64,000 nucleotides of DNA from Escherichia phage JLBYU50: sequence record OK272470.1. One strand, given 5' to 3'. Within the stretch, counting starts at the first letter, position 1. The number at the start of each line of letters is the position of its first letter. A program made the position numbers and the translations under genes. The notes below the pieces were generated by a model, which was not told where the DNA came from, did not search any database, and worked only from the letters and a program-made list of their open reading frames with translations. Positions 18,897-28,144 of this stretch are shown one piece after another.

Positions 18897-21716
18897 ATGT
18901 ATCCTATTCCTTTATTTATGTCAACAACATCAGCTTCAGTAGTAACAGCTACATCTATAACCACTTCCTCTATTGGTATTGCAATAGTTGGTAGTAAAAA
19001 GCAACTGACATACACAGTTTCACCGGAAGATGGTGCGTTATTTGATATAGCTTTTTCATCTTCAGATAATACCAAAATGGTTATAGATAATAGTGGTATG
19101 ATGGAGTTTGTTGCCGAAGGTGGTTTTGATGCAATAATGACAGCTAAAAATAATTTAGGTGCTGTCTTAACTGATCAATCTGGTGGTTATGCTTCAGAAT
19201 TAAGCGTGTACACTGAAAGTCTATCAGCTATGGATGTAGGCACTACTCAACAGTTGGTTGCTACAATCAGTCCAGAAGGTGCTAAAGATCTTCCAGACAT
19301 GGTAATTACGTACACCACAACAGATCCAGAAGTAGCTACTGTAAGCCCTACAGGATTAATAACTGCTCTTAAAGATGGTAATTGCCGTATAGGTTGTACT
19401 GCAACTTATCAAGGAACAGTGGTGGCCTCTGATAGTTCTTATTTAGGTGTTAATGCTATTCCTGTTATTTCTAATGTAACAGCCGTGGCAAACAGCTATG
19501 GAGACGTTCGTGTTGCTTGGGATGTAGCTGATCCGCTAGATGGTGATACTTATACTGTAGAAGTATTAGATTTAAGTAATAATAGTGTTCAGTGGACTAC
19601 AACAACCACGAATACTTACGCTTACTTTGATATCTCTGACTCTATTCCTCTTTATGGGTTTGCTCCAACATACCTTAAAATTAGCGTTAAGAGCACCAAA
19701 GCAGCAGCCGTTATCTTTAATAACTCAATAGCTACAGATGATTCGTTCATTAAAGAAGTTATTGTTTTTGCTGGACAAGATAACGTAAATGCACACTTTA
19801 CAGAACTATCTGGTGCAAATAAAGCAGCAATGAGTAGCACAACAGCCCGTAATGCATATGCTACGCAACGTGGTTTAGCAAATGCTGAAGTTCTTCCGTT
19901 AAATACAGCTTCTGGATCATCAGCAGCAGATAAATATGCTGACGATAAAGCTGGAACAGGTACACCAGACAACTACTGGTATGATCTGGATAACACAGCA
20001 GATGGGCCATGCTTAACTAACTTTATCACTAAAGTCACACCTTATGCAAGTAAGGTTAAAGCCATTATTTGGGGACAAGGTGAAAATGATGCTGTATCAT
20101 CATCTTCAACTGTTGCAGGTAGATACAGTAACACTACACGTTACCATGATGCTACGATAGCTATCTTTGATAAGATGCGTACAATAGTTCCTGCTTCTCA
20201 AGCAAAAATTGTTTGGCAGATCCTGGGACGTTCTTATTTATATGGTGTAGAAGTTAATGGTGTGGATTGGCAGAAGTACAGAAATGTACAAAGAACCATC
20301 TCTACAGCACGTGATGATGTTATCATTGGTTCTTGGGTAGATGGTGCTGAACGTTACAGTGGTTATGTTTATGAAGAAGGTATTGATGGTCGTATCCATT
20401 ATATTTCTTCTGTATACCAAACAGCAGCTACAAAACTTGCTAAATCAGCAGCAGACGGTACAGACCTAACATCAACGTCACCTGTTTGGGTTGATATGGC
20501 TGTTCCAACTGGAGCAACAGCTACTTCCCAATCTAATCAAGATACAATTTTAGTATGGGATGCTCAAGGCTATAGTAAACACTACTTCCGTAATATTAAC
20601 GTCTTAACAGCATCTGTATTAACTGAACAAACGCTTAATACGAACAGCTATACGTTTACCTATGCAGATCAAGTAGAACAATATGGTTTTGCAGCAGGAA
20701 CTACTATATTTGATGTTGCATATTATGATGAAGCAAATGATGTGTTATCTCCTTTAGTACGTTTTAATGTTAACGTTACAGCAGGAACCGTAGAAGATAA
20801 ACCTGTAGTGATGGATTATGATTTAACACAAGAAACTCTTCCATCAGATGTTAAGGTTAATGGTGGGAACTCTTTTGCTCGTGCTTCTGGAGATACACTT
20901 GTAGCCACTAACACCTTGGTTGCTCCGTTGGAGTATGTTGGCACTACCCCTGTAGGTAGACGTGTAACAGCTAACACAGCTACACAAATTTTTGTCAACA
21001 ACGCCTTAACAAGCGCAAGCCCGTGGGTAAAGACCAACTTAACTGTTTCAACTTCATCTGATAAATCTCCGGCTGGAACTACTGCCAATGTATTCAAATT
21101 AACTCCGACTACAACATCTGGTAGTCATATCTTAACTGCAACATATACTAACGCGTACAACATATATGCCGGACGTAACTGGTCTGCCTCTGTTTTCTTG
21201 AAAGCGAACGGGATTACTAAGGCCAAACTAAGATTAAAAGCAGGAACTGAAGTTAATGAGGGTACTTTTGATTTAGCAGCAGGTACATTTACAGGAAGTG
21301 AAGCTAATATTATATCTATGGGTAACGGTTGGTATCGTGCTATTCTGCATAAAACAGGGATAGCCAAACAGTCCTCCATAAGTTTTGAAATAATTGCCTT
21401 GGATGCAACTGGTGCGGAGATTTTCGCTGGGGATGGTACTAGTAACCTTGCAGTTTGGTTGCCACAGCTTGAAGGTGCTCCTACAGGAGAAACATCAAAA
21501 GCTGGAGCGCCTTATGTCTGCACATATCCTGGAAGTTTAGGAGGAGTATCCTTCACTATACCAAGGAACGGACATACTGGTGTGGATGTTTACTATTCCA
21601 ACGGGGACGTTGTTCGTGACGTATTCTCTGGTACGGCATCTACTTGGACAATAAACTACTCCAGCTTGTACGATTGGGGATCAGTCTTTATTACAGGTTT
21701 GAAATATTACGACTAA
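18897..21716 (+). CDS. tailspike with Ig-like domain and SGNH/SASA-type carbohydrate esterase-like domain
   Basis: Ig-like segment (ATVSPTGLITALKDGNCRIGCTATYQG); FAGQDN and WGQGEND motifs resembling sialate-O-acetylesterase GQSN / WxQGESD. Confidence 0.55.
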   Translation: MYPIPLFMSTTSASVVTATSITTSSIGIAIVGSKKQLTYTVSPEDGALFDIAFSSSDNTKMVIDNSGMMEFVAEGGFDAIMTAKNNLGAVLTDQSGGYASELSVYTESLSAMDVGTTQQLVATISPEGAKDLPDMVITYTTTDPEVATVSPTGLITALKDGNCRIGCTATYQGTVVASDSSYLGVNAIPVISNVTAVANSYGDVRVAWDVADPLDGDTYTVEVLDLSNNSVQWTTTTTNTYAYFDISDSIPLYGFAPTYLKISVKSTKAAAVIFNNSIATDDSFIKEVIVFAGQDNVNAHFTELSGANKAAMSSTTARNAYATQRGLANAEVLPLNTASGSSAADKYADDKAGTGTPDNYWYDLDNTADGPCLTNFITKVTPYASKVKAIIWGQGENDAVSSSSTVAGRYSNTTRYHDATIAIFDKMRTIVPASQAKIVWQILGRSYLYGVEVNGVDWQKYRNVQRTISTARDDVIIGSWVDGAERYSGYVYEEGIDGRIHYISSVYQTAATKLAKSAADGTDLTSTSPVWVDMAVPTGATATSQSNQDTILVWDAQGYSKHYFRNINVLTASVLTEQTLNTNSYTFTYADQVEQYGFAAGTTIFDVAYYDEANDVLSPLVRFNVNVTAGTVEDKPVVMDYDLTQETLPSDVKVNGGNSFARASGDTLVATNTLVAPLEYVGTTPVGRRVTANTATQIFVNNALTSASPWVKTNLTVSTSSDKSPAGTTANVFKLTPTTTSGSHILTATYTNAYNIYAGRNWSASVFLKANGITKAKLRLKAGTEVNEGTFDLAAGTFTGSEANIISMGNGWYRAILHKTGIAKQSSISFEIIALDATGAEIFAGDGTSNLAVWLPQLEGAPTGETSKAGAPYVCTYPGSLGGVSFTIPRNGHTGVDVYYSNGDVVRDVFSGTASTWTINYSSLYDWGSVFITGLKYYD

Positions 21717-21748
21717 TAAAAAAGGAGCCTAATGGCTCCTTTTCTTTT
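21715..21748. terminator. bidirectional terminator between convergent structural (+) and replication (-) blocks
   Basis: ggagcc-taat-ggctcc hairpin flanked by A6 upstream and TTTTCTTTT downstream. Confidence 0.7.
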
Positions 21749-21751
21749 ATC

Positions 21752-22183
21752 TTAATCAGTGAAAATTACGCTTACATCTTCTTTAGAAAAGAGTTTATGA
21801 TCTTCACCTTTTGTCTCAAGAGTTTCATACAGGTTAAGAAGTTCTGAAACATCTTTCTCTACCAGTTTCTTCAATGTTGCAATTTTCTGTTTGCGATTCT
21901 TAATACGTTCAGCTACAACCTTACGTTGGTATCCAGCAGTACGATAACCTGAGAAAGTTACACCAGTGAGACTTGCAGTTACAGGATCGTAATGACGTTC
22001 AATCTGAAATTTATTAAAAGGTACAGCGTCATCACGAATAATCTTCCCGCCATTACTTACTTGACGAAGACCAGTAACTTGTTCTAGTCGTGCCATAGAA
22101 ATCTTTGGAGACAGACCAGAGTCTAGGTTCATACCATTGTTAATCAGTGCTTTCAGGGTGATTTTGCTGTTCAGTGTACTCAT
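21752..22183 (-). CDS. hypothetical protein
   Basis: RBS ggagga before ATG at 22183; 5' end overlaps 3' end of methyltransferase gene by 44 nt. Confidence 0.5.
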   Translation of the reverse strand: MSTLNSKITLKALINNGMNLDSGLSPKISMARLEQVTGLRQVSNGGKIIRDDAVPFNKFQIERHYDPVTASLTGVTFSGYRTAGYQRKVVAERIKNRKQKIATLKKLVEKDVSELLNLYETLETKGEDHKLFSKEDVSVIFTD

Positions 22184-22871
22184 TTAGTCGTTCCTCCGCT
22201 TGCTTAAAAATATTTACATCGGCTTCACAGCCTAAGTATTCTCTACCTGTTAAAAGTGCCGCAACTTGTGTTGTTGCACTTCCAGAGAAGAAGTCTAAGA
22301 CTACATCTCCTTCGTTGGTGTGTATATTAATAAGGTCACAAAACAAAGTCAAGTGTTTTTGTGTTGGATGAAAACGATCTGCTCCTTGATAGATAGGATA
22401 CTCAAACACACCCTTATGGTAGGAAGCATTGAAGGTTGGCTTAGAACCTTTAACACAAACAATAGCCATTTCTTTAGCGTTACTAAGGTAGTTAACACCA
22501 CTGTTGATGGGTACAGGGTTTGTTTTAATCCATTCAATAGTACGGAACATACGAAAACCAAGCGGTTCAAGGATTTCACGTAGCTCCTGGATCTTCCAGA
22601 TATCATACCAAACTATGCAAGTACCACCTTTTCTAAGCACCCTGTAGGCTTCTTTGAATACTTCTTTAAAGTAAGGAATATCTACAACATCCCAATCACC
22701 AAAGTTGTAAGATACACGGAATCTATCCGTATCTTTTCCAGTAGGCTCTCCAGATTGAAAATTTGTGTCACGAGAAATAGCATATGGTGGGTCAGTAAGA
22801 ATCAAATCTACACTATTGCTTTCGAGGGTTTGCAGGTAGTTTAATGCGGTGTTGTTTACAAATTCGCTCAT
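22140..22871 (-). CDS. DNA N6-adenine methyltransferase (beta-class, orphan)
   Basis: N-terminal DPPY catalytic motif and later VLDFFSGSATT SAM-binding motif; no adjacent restriction endonuclease. Confidence 0.75.
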   Translation of the reverse strand: MSEFVNNTALNYLQTLESNSVDLILTDPPYAISRDTNFQSGEPTGKDTDRFRVSYNFGDWDVVDIPYFKEVFKEAYRVLRKGGTCIVWYDIWKIQELREILEPLGFRMFRTIEWIKTNPVPINSGVNYLSNAKEMAIVCVKGSKPTFNASYHKGVFEYPIYQGADRFHPTQKHLTLFCDLINIHTNEGDVVLDFFSGSATTQVAALLTGREYLGCEADVNIFKQAEERLNEYTEQQNHPESTD

Positions 22872-22884
22872 TATATCTCCTTCA

Positions 22885-22910
22885 AAGAAAAGGAGCCGTT
22901 AGGCTCCTTA
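22885..22910 (-). terminator. rho-independent terminator downstream of SSB-like gene
   Basis: ggagcc-taac-ggctcc hairpin followed on - strand by TTTTCTTTG. Confidence 0.6.
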
Positions 22911-22931
22911 TATTCACACAATATTTAACTA

Positions 22932-23879
22932 TTAGAAACAGTGCAGGAAGTTTCGACCATACTGCAAACCAATAGGAGCAAATGGGATATCATCATCGAA
23001 ATCTTGAACAACAGGTTCTGGTTCTTTCGGTGCTGGCTCTTTCTTCTCTACTTTTTTAGTTTCTTTCTTAACTTCTTGTACTGGGGTAGACATTCCACGG
23101 ATAGCAGCAGCTACTTTATCAGACAAAGCAAGAACTTCACGAGCAGCTTCAATAATCTCTTCTGCCGTTACAGTTTTACCTGTATGATCACGACAAGCGT
23201 TAAGAATTGCGTGTCCAACTGAAGCACCAAGATCATAATCAGTCACATCAACGCCACGATCTTTAGCAATTTCTGCTTTCAGAGTAACAGTTGCAGATTG
23301 TACCACACCAGCCAAGTCGAAAGCATCACCTTTCACACCAGCACGTAGAAGCTCCAGAGCGCCGTTTACAGCGTGTCCTGTTTCAATCCCTACGGTATCA
23401 CGTTTTTTGTAGTTAGGCTTGCTACCTTCGTTATTAGATGGCTTATTTCCACCTTTTGAAGAAGATTGTGCTTGCTGAACACCTTCTGTTGAAAGAATAG
23501 TGATTTTACCTTTAGAGGAATTGTAGTATGTTTTGCCATTCCATTCAGAAGGTTTAACATCCATAGTTAGTTCTACACCTTTTTCGATAGTAACCCACTT
23601 GTCACCATCTTTAACTTGCAGGTTTTCATGTTCTGGATGCAGTTTAACTTCACCTAGGCTAACCCAAACACCTTTATCATCAGCACTAGCACCTTTCTCT
23701 TTAATAAGCAGAGATGCTTTGTGAGTTGATTCAATTTTCTTATCTGGCTGACCTGCAACCTTAATATAAGAGACTTTCATTTCATCAAACTTATCCAGTT
23801 TGACATATTCAACGATACCTTCAGCCCAGAATGCTTCTTTTTTAGTACGACGGTCGATTTCAGAATTAATTACTGGCAT
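22932..23879 (-). CDS. ssb: single-stranded DNA-binding protein-like
   Basis: Gly/Ser/Asn-rich linker then acidic DFDDDIPF motif (bacterial SSB C-terminal tip), here followed by 15 more residues. Confidence 0.6.
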   Translation of the reverse strand: MPVINSEIDRRTKKEAFWAEGIVEYVKLDKFDEMKVSYIKVAGQPDKKIESTHKASLLIKEKGASADDKGVWVSLGEVKLHPEHENLQVKDGDKWVTIEKGVELTMDVKPSEWNGKTYYNSSKGKITILSTEGVQQAQSSSKGGNKPSNNEGSKPNYKKRDTVGIETGHAVNGALELLRAGVKGDAFDLAGVVQSATVTLKAEIAKDRGVDVTDYDLGASVGHAILNACRDHTGKTVTAEEIIEAAREVLALSDKVAAAIRGMSTPVQEVKKETKKVEKKEPAPKEPEPVVQDFDDDIPFAPIGLQYGRNFLHCF

Positions 23880-23895
23880 AAATTCTCCTCTATAA

Positions 23896-24294
23896 TTACA
23901 TTACTTTAACACAAAACTCTCGTAAAAGAGTAGCGTCAGTTTCTTCCAACAGGTATTTACCAAGACCAATACCAAATCCTATTTCACCACTTTCAAAATG
24001 GAGGATTTGTATCTTTTCTCCACCAAGATTAATTACTTTTGCTTTTCCAGGATTATCCAAAACATCTCGTATTGTATCCTGTAGTAGCATAAGCTCACGT
24101 TTTGTGATAGTGGTTTCAGATATCTCTTTGTTTTCTACTCTCACTGTTAAACGATTGTATCCACCAAAGAGACATAGTATTTGAATAAAAAAGGTATTAT
24201 CTTGAGGTTCAACATCTTTTTTGGTTAGCTCAAGACGATTAGTTTCTCTACTGTAGAACGTCTCGACTAAGATTTTAGAACGATTATCTGTCAT
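23896..24294 (-). CDS. hypothetical protein
   Basis: 132-aa ORF, co-oriented, tightly packed. Confidence 0.45.
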   Translation of the reverse strand: MTDNRSKILVETFYSRETNRLELTKKDVEPQDNTFFIQILCLFGGYNRLTVRVENKEISETTITKRELMLLQDTIRDVLDNPGKAKVINLGGEKIQILHFESGEIGFGIGLGKYLLEETDATLLREFCVKVM

Positions 24295-24337
24295 TCAAGT
24301 CCTCATAATAACACATAATTATAATGTTTGTCAACAC

Positions 24338-24931
24338 TTAAATCTTAAATTCTTCGTTGTTAAATGAATCTAGTGTACGTACTTCTGGCTCTTTGGGAAT
24401 GAAAACGTCTTTTACAAAGCGGAACATAGGGAAACGTTCTGCCATTTTACGGACGTGTGCTTCTTTACCTGTGTATCGGTGATTAATAGTACAAATATTA
24501 GTTTTCAGTGCAAATTCAAAATCTGGATGATATACATAATTTTGACCATCCCAGTAACACAAGCAAATAGCTACATCAAAGTTCCATACGATTTCACTGC
24601 GTACACCTTCTTCCATGATCATAAAGTTAAACTTAAGATCTTTATAGTATGCTTCAAATACCCATTTCAAATGTGGTAGTTCGGCATAAGTGTGTTCTGT
24701 TTGCTTAGTAAGTTGTTTAACATTACGTGCACCAACACCCAACATCAAAAATTTCTCTACTAGTACGATTGTATTGTGGTTAGGCATACGCAAGTAAATA
24801 TCAATATCTTGCGCAGGTTTCTCTAATCGCCAATCACGTACAGCGCCGCCAGCTACAATTGCAAACGGATCTACCAGTTGGCACATACGTAACACTTCTA
24901 AAGCTCGTACTTTTTGATCTTCAATATTCAT
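24338..24931 (-). CDS. minimal nucleotidyltransferase (CCA-adding/poly(A) polymerase head-domain-like)
   Basis: AGGAVRD ... DIDIY motifs matching the GGxVRD / DxD catalytic core of class II tRNA nucleotidyltransferases; only 197 aa. Confidence 0.55.
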   Translation of the reverse strand: MNIEDQKVRALEVLRMCQLVDPFAIVAGGAVRDWRLEKPAQDIDIYLRMPNHNTIVLVEKFLMLGVGARNVKQLTKQTEHTYAELPHLKWVFEAYYKDLKFNFMIMEEGVRSEIVWNFDVAICLCYWDGQNYVYHPDFEFALKTNICTINHRYTGKEAHVRKMAERFPMFRFVKDVFIPKEPEVRTLDSFNNEEFKI

Positions 24932-24965
24932 ATTTTCTCCTATCTCTTATGGTCTTTGCGTTATT

Positions 24966-24985
24966 CTAGATGTTCAAACATCTAA
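24966..24985. promoter_or_regulatory. perfect palindrome tagatgtt-caa-aacatcta upstream of nucleotidyltransferase gene
   Basis: 8-bp inverted repeat with 3-nt spacer in the 5' region of the gene starting at 24931. Confidence 0.3.
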
Positions 24986-25003
24986 TTATGAAATGGTTTA
25001 AAA

Positions 25004-25048
25004 GTGTGGAACAACCTTGGCAATAATAGGTTGTCCCACATAAAAACT
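25004..25048 (-). terminator. rho-independent terminator downstream of DNA polymerase gene
   Basis: 11-bp stem (one mismatch) gtggaacaacc/ggttgtcccac followed on - strand by TTTTAAA. Confidence 0.55.
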
Positions 25049-25068
25049 CCTTTAAAATCAAAGAGATG

Positions 25069-27648
25069 TCAGTGACAACTAGCCCATGAGTTACCAACAT
25101 CGTAACCAGCAGTGAGAGGTACATTAAGATTGTAATACTCACCAGCTTTATTAACAGCAATAGATGCTAATTCTCCAGCACGACTGTAGGCTGTAAACCA
25201 ACCACCTTTCGGAGATTCATGTACGTTAGCCCAAATCTTGCCAGTACGTTTCTCTTCCTCTTCTTTCCAGGTATTAACTTTATCCAAACATTCTTTATCA
25301 ATTTTCTTTTGTTCTTCTGGATCATCAACTTGAGTCCAACCTAAAGATTCTTTAGAGAACCATTTAAAATGCACCAGATCACGAGTTACTTCAAGCTGTG
25401 CTTCATCGTGGTATGCAATCATTTGTTGAACGAATGACTTATTTTTCCAGTCATCAACAAAAAAGTCAACAGCTAATCCTTCTTCTTCGATAAGATCATC
25501 GTAGATAACCATTGCTCTTTTTGCACAAATAACACCACCACTCTGGAACAGAGAGTTAAGTATTGCGTGTGCAGATCGTGTAGGTACTTTCCTTCCATCA
25601 ATACCAAGAATGTATTTCTTACCTGTTTTAACCCAAAAATCATGCAGACGTTCTTTAAGAAGAGCAAGAGGTTTTGCAGCTTCCCAGAAAGCATCGTATA
25701 CAAGCTGTCCTGTATACATATCACTACCAATGGTTTTTGCTACTTTTGCAGCTTGAGCACCATAAGTAATACCATACTTAACAGATTTAGCAGGGCTTCG
25801 TTCAAACTTACGACCAATAGTATCAGAAATACGTCGAGCCATCATTGTATGAACATCATTAGGTTTTTCCAACAATAGAGCATTACAATATTCGTGTGGT
25901 TCCTGCTCGTACCGCCAACAGTAGTGTGATTCTATTTTTGCCTCAAGAGAATCAAAGTCATAACCAATTTGGAAGTATTTTGGAACTTCTACACCAAATA
26001 AGTTACGCATTTCATATCCGTACAGAGATGTTACACGTGGGATATTTGCTACTAACCTATGTTTCATACGAGATGTAGCTGCATCACACGTTGCAGCAGG
26101 AGTTGGTATACGACCATCAGCCCTTACTGCTGCCAGATAACCTTTATCGTAATCCTCTTCATCTTCTTCCCAATCAGCACCACCCCCTAAAATAGAGTTC
26201 CTACGGTGTTTATACGTAAGATACTGCACAATCTGCGTAGCATAAGGAAACTTTTCACCTAGTGCTTCCAAGTTAGGACAAATATCTTTCTCTTGCCCTT
26301 TTGTAAAGGAAGGGTTAGTAAGCACTTTAACACCACGACCTTTAGCTTTAGCAATACGATCTCTTAGTTTCCATTCCAAAGTTTCTGGTGTGCACTCCAG
26401 ATGATCACATCTGTCCTGGCAGAAGTTAGATGCTAATGTTTGATCAACGTAGTCACGAATAGCTTTCTCCATTTGTGCTTCATCTTTCTTAATCTTAGTG
26501 CCAGATTTAAGAGTGATATCTTTATCTTTATATTCAGATGGACTCCAACCTAAACCAACTAACCAGTTTTTAATATGTGTAGTGTCATCTAAAGTAGCAG
26601 GTACTGTAGGATCACAAATAGGTTCTTCTGCTGGAATAGGGAGTTTAAACTCTTTACCTAATGCAAATAACCACCAACCATCTTCTTTTTGTACAAGTTC
26701 ACCAGAATGTTTCTCTGCAAACTTTATCATGTTACTTGAAGGTTCACCATTCTTTTTAAACTGTAGTTTAGGTGGAATGAATGATTTCAAATAACCTTTA
26801 GTAGCAGGTTTGGGAGGTAGTACAGGTTCTGCCTCTAAACGACATGCTTCCATTCGAGCATCCAGATCACGAATATTATCTTCTGCTTGTTTCATATTGA
26901 AAGCAAAGCCACGGTGCTCTTGACGTGTAATAATATCAGCTACACGTTGTTCTAAGTTAAATGGTTCAGACCACTTATTATAATCACCCCACTCTTCCAT
27001 CAAATAACGGAACACTGCGGTGTTAGCTTTGTTATCGTAAATACAGTAATACAGCATATCTGCTGCAAATGTTTTAAATCTTTCAGTTTCAGGAATGTTT
27101 TTTCTAAAATCAATTTTAACATCCCCTCCAGCTTTCTTAGATAACTCTGCCAGACTATGACCACCGAAGCGATCAGGGTTTAGTGTCTTACTTAAGATCA
27201 TAGTATCACAAATTTCAATGTTACTATTACCCCAAGTATTGTACTTAATACTATAGTTGAGTTTAAAAAATAATTTAATTGCCAGTAAGTCGAAGTTAAT
27301 GATGTTGTGTCCAACTACTTTGGTAATTTTATAGTTTGAATTACCTTTAAATTTACCTGTTCCATTTACAAAATCAGGAAAATCTTTAAGAGGGAAATGG
27401 GTATATTCTAAATGCTCATATTCCTCCAGTCGGTATTCATACTTTCCGTCAGTCTCAATATACGGACGACCATCGAAAAGATATTTATCACCATCATGGA
27501 AAGCAATAATCTCTCCAGTATCATGACTTTCGCACACAATACAGTGCATTGCAAAACTATCTTTTAAACGATATGGACTTGCCAAGTAATCTACACTTTC
27601 GTCATTAAGCAAGTTGTTACTTTCAATGTCGAAAGTAAAAGCTCCCAT
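25069..27648 (-). CDS. DNA polymerase, family A, with 3'-5' exonuclease domain
   Basis: Exo I FDIESNN; motif A-like GYDFDSLEAKIE; motif B-like KSVKYGITYGAQ; motif C MIAYHDEAQLEV. Confidence 0.8.
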   Translation of the reverse strand: MGAFTFDIESNNLLNDESVDYLASPYRLKDSFAMHCIVCESHDTGEIIAFHDGDKYLFDGRPYIETDGKYEYRLEEYEHLEYTHFPLKDFPDFVNGTGKFKGNSNYKITKVVGHNIINFDLLAIKLFFKLNYSIKYNTWGNSNIEICDTMILSKTLNPDRFGGHSLAELSKKAGGDVKIDFRKNIPETERFKTFAADMLYYCIYDNKANTAVFRYLMEEWGDYNKWSEPFNLEQRVADIITRQEHRGFAFNMKQAEDNIRDLDARMEACRLEAEPVLPPKPATKGYLKSFIPPKLQFKKNGEPSSNMIKFAEKHSGELVQKEDGWWLFALGKEFKLPIPAEEPICDPTVPATLDDTTHIKNWLVGLGWSPSEYKDKDITLKSGTKIKKDEAQMEKAIRDYVDQTLASNFCQDRCDHLECTPETLEWKLRDRIAKAKGRGVKVLTNPSFTKGQEKDICPNLEALGEKFPYATQIVQYLTYKHRRNSILGGGADWEEDEEDYDKGYLAAVRADGRIPTPAATCDAATSRMKHRLVANIPRVTSLYGYEMRNLFGVEVPKYFQIGYDFDSLEAKIESHYCWRYEQEPHEYCNALLLEKPNDVHTMMARRISDTIGRKFERSPAKSVKYGITYGAQAAKVAKTIGSDMYTGQLVYDAFWEAAKPLALLKERLHDFWVKTGKKYILGIDGRKVPTRSAHAILNSLFQSGGVICAKRAMVIYDDLIEEEGLAVDFFVDDWKNKSFVQQMIAYHDEAQLEVTRDLVHFKWFSKESLGWTQVDDPEEQKKIDKECLDKVNTWKEEEEKRTGKIWANVHESPKGGWFTAYSRAGELASIAVNKAGEYYNLNVPLTAGYDVGNSWASCH

Positions 27649-27713
27649 TCTCCCTCCTTAAAATATTTCTAAAGTCTTAATTTGTTAATACTGTACCATA
27701 AATTAATTGTTTT

Positions 27714-27736
27714 GTAAAGGGGCTTTCGCCCCTTCT
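27714..27736 (-). terminator. stem-loop downstream of ORF 27739..28134
   Basis: aagggg-ctttc-gcccctt hairpin; weak U-tract. Confidence 0.45.
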
Positions 27737-27738
27737 TG

Positions 27739-28134
27739 TTATTTATTGTCAGCACTTAATTGTACTTTAATAAGGCAATTAGGGACACCATTGGTATTTC
27801 TCAAGCCTACACGTTCAATTTTAACTGTCCCTGTTAAGCCACTAAAAGTGGAAACAATGTTATTAATGTTTTCATCCTTACTAGCGATATCAAGAACAAC
27901 TTTATCACTAACATTTTTCAACATACGATCTACAAGCTCTCCCACAAAACCACTGGTAGTTTGAATGAGAAGGTATAGACAACCATCCTCAAACCACAAA
28001 TGTTCACCATAAGCATAACCGTATGGTTCTAACTCCGATCCATCTTGAAATTTAAACTTAGCAATAGTTTTCGTATAATCATACCCTAACGCAGAAGGGG
28101 ATACCCCATAGAGGATATTTTCGTTGTCTTTCAT
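27739..28134 (-). CDS. hypothetical protein between polymerase and primase-helicase
   Basis: Start reassigned to ATG at 28134 (RBS aaggagag); longer track ORF would overlap helicase gene. Confidence 0.5.
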   Translation of the reverse strand: MKDNENILYGVSPSALGYDYTKTIAKFKFQDGSELEPYGYAYGEHLWFEDGCLYLLIQTTSGFVGELVDRMLKNVSDKVVLDIASKDENINNIVSTFSGLTGTVKIERVGLRNTNGVPNCLIKVQLSADNK

Positions 28135-28144
28135 ATTTCTCTCC

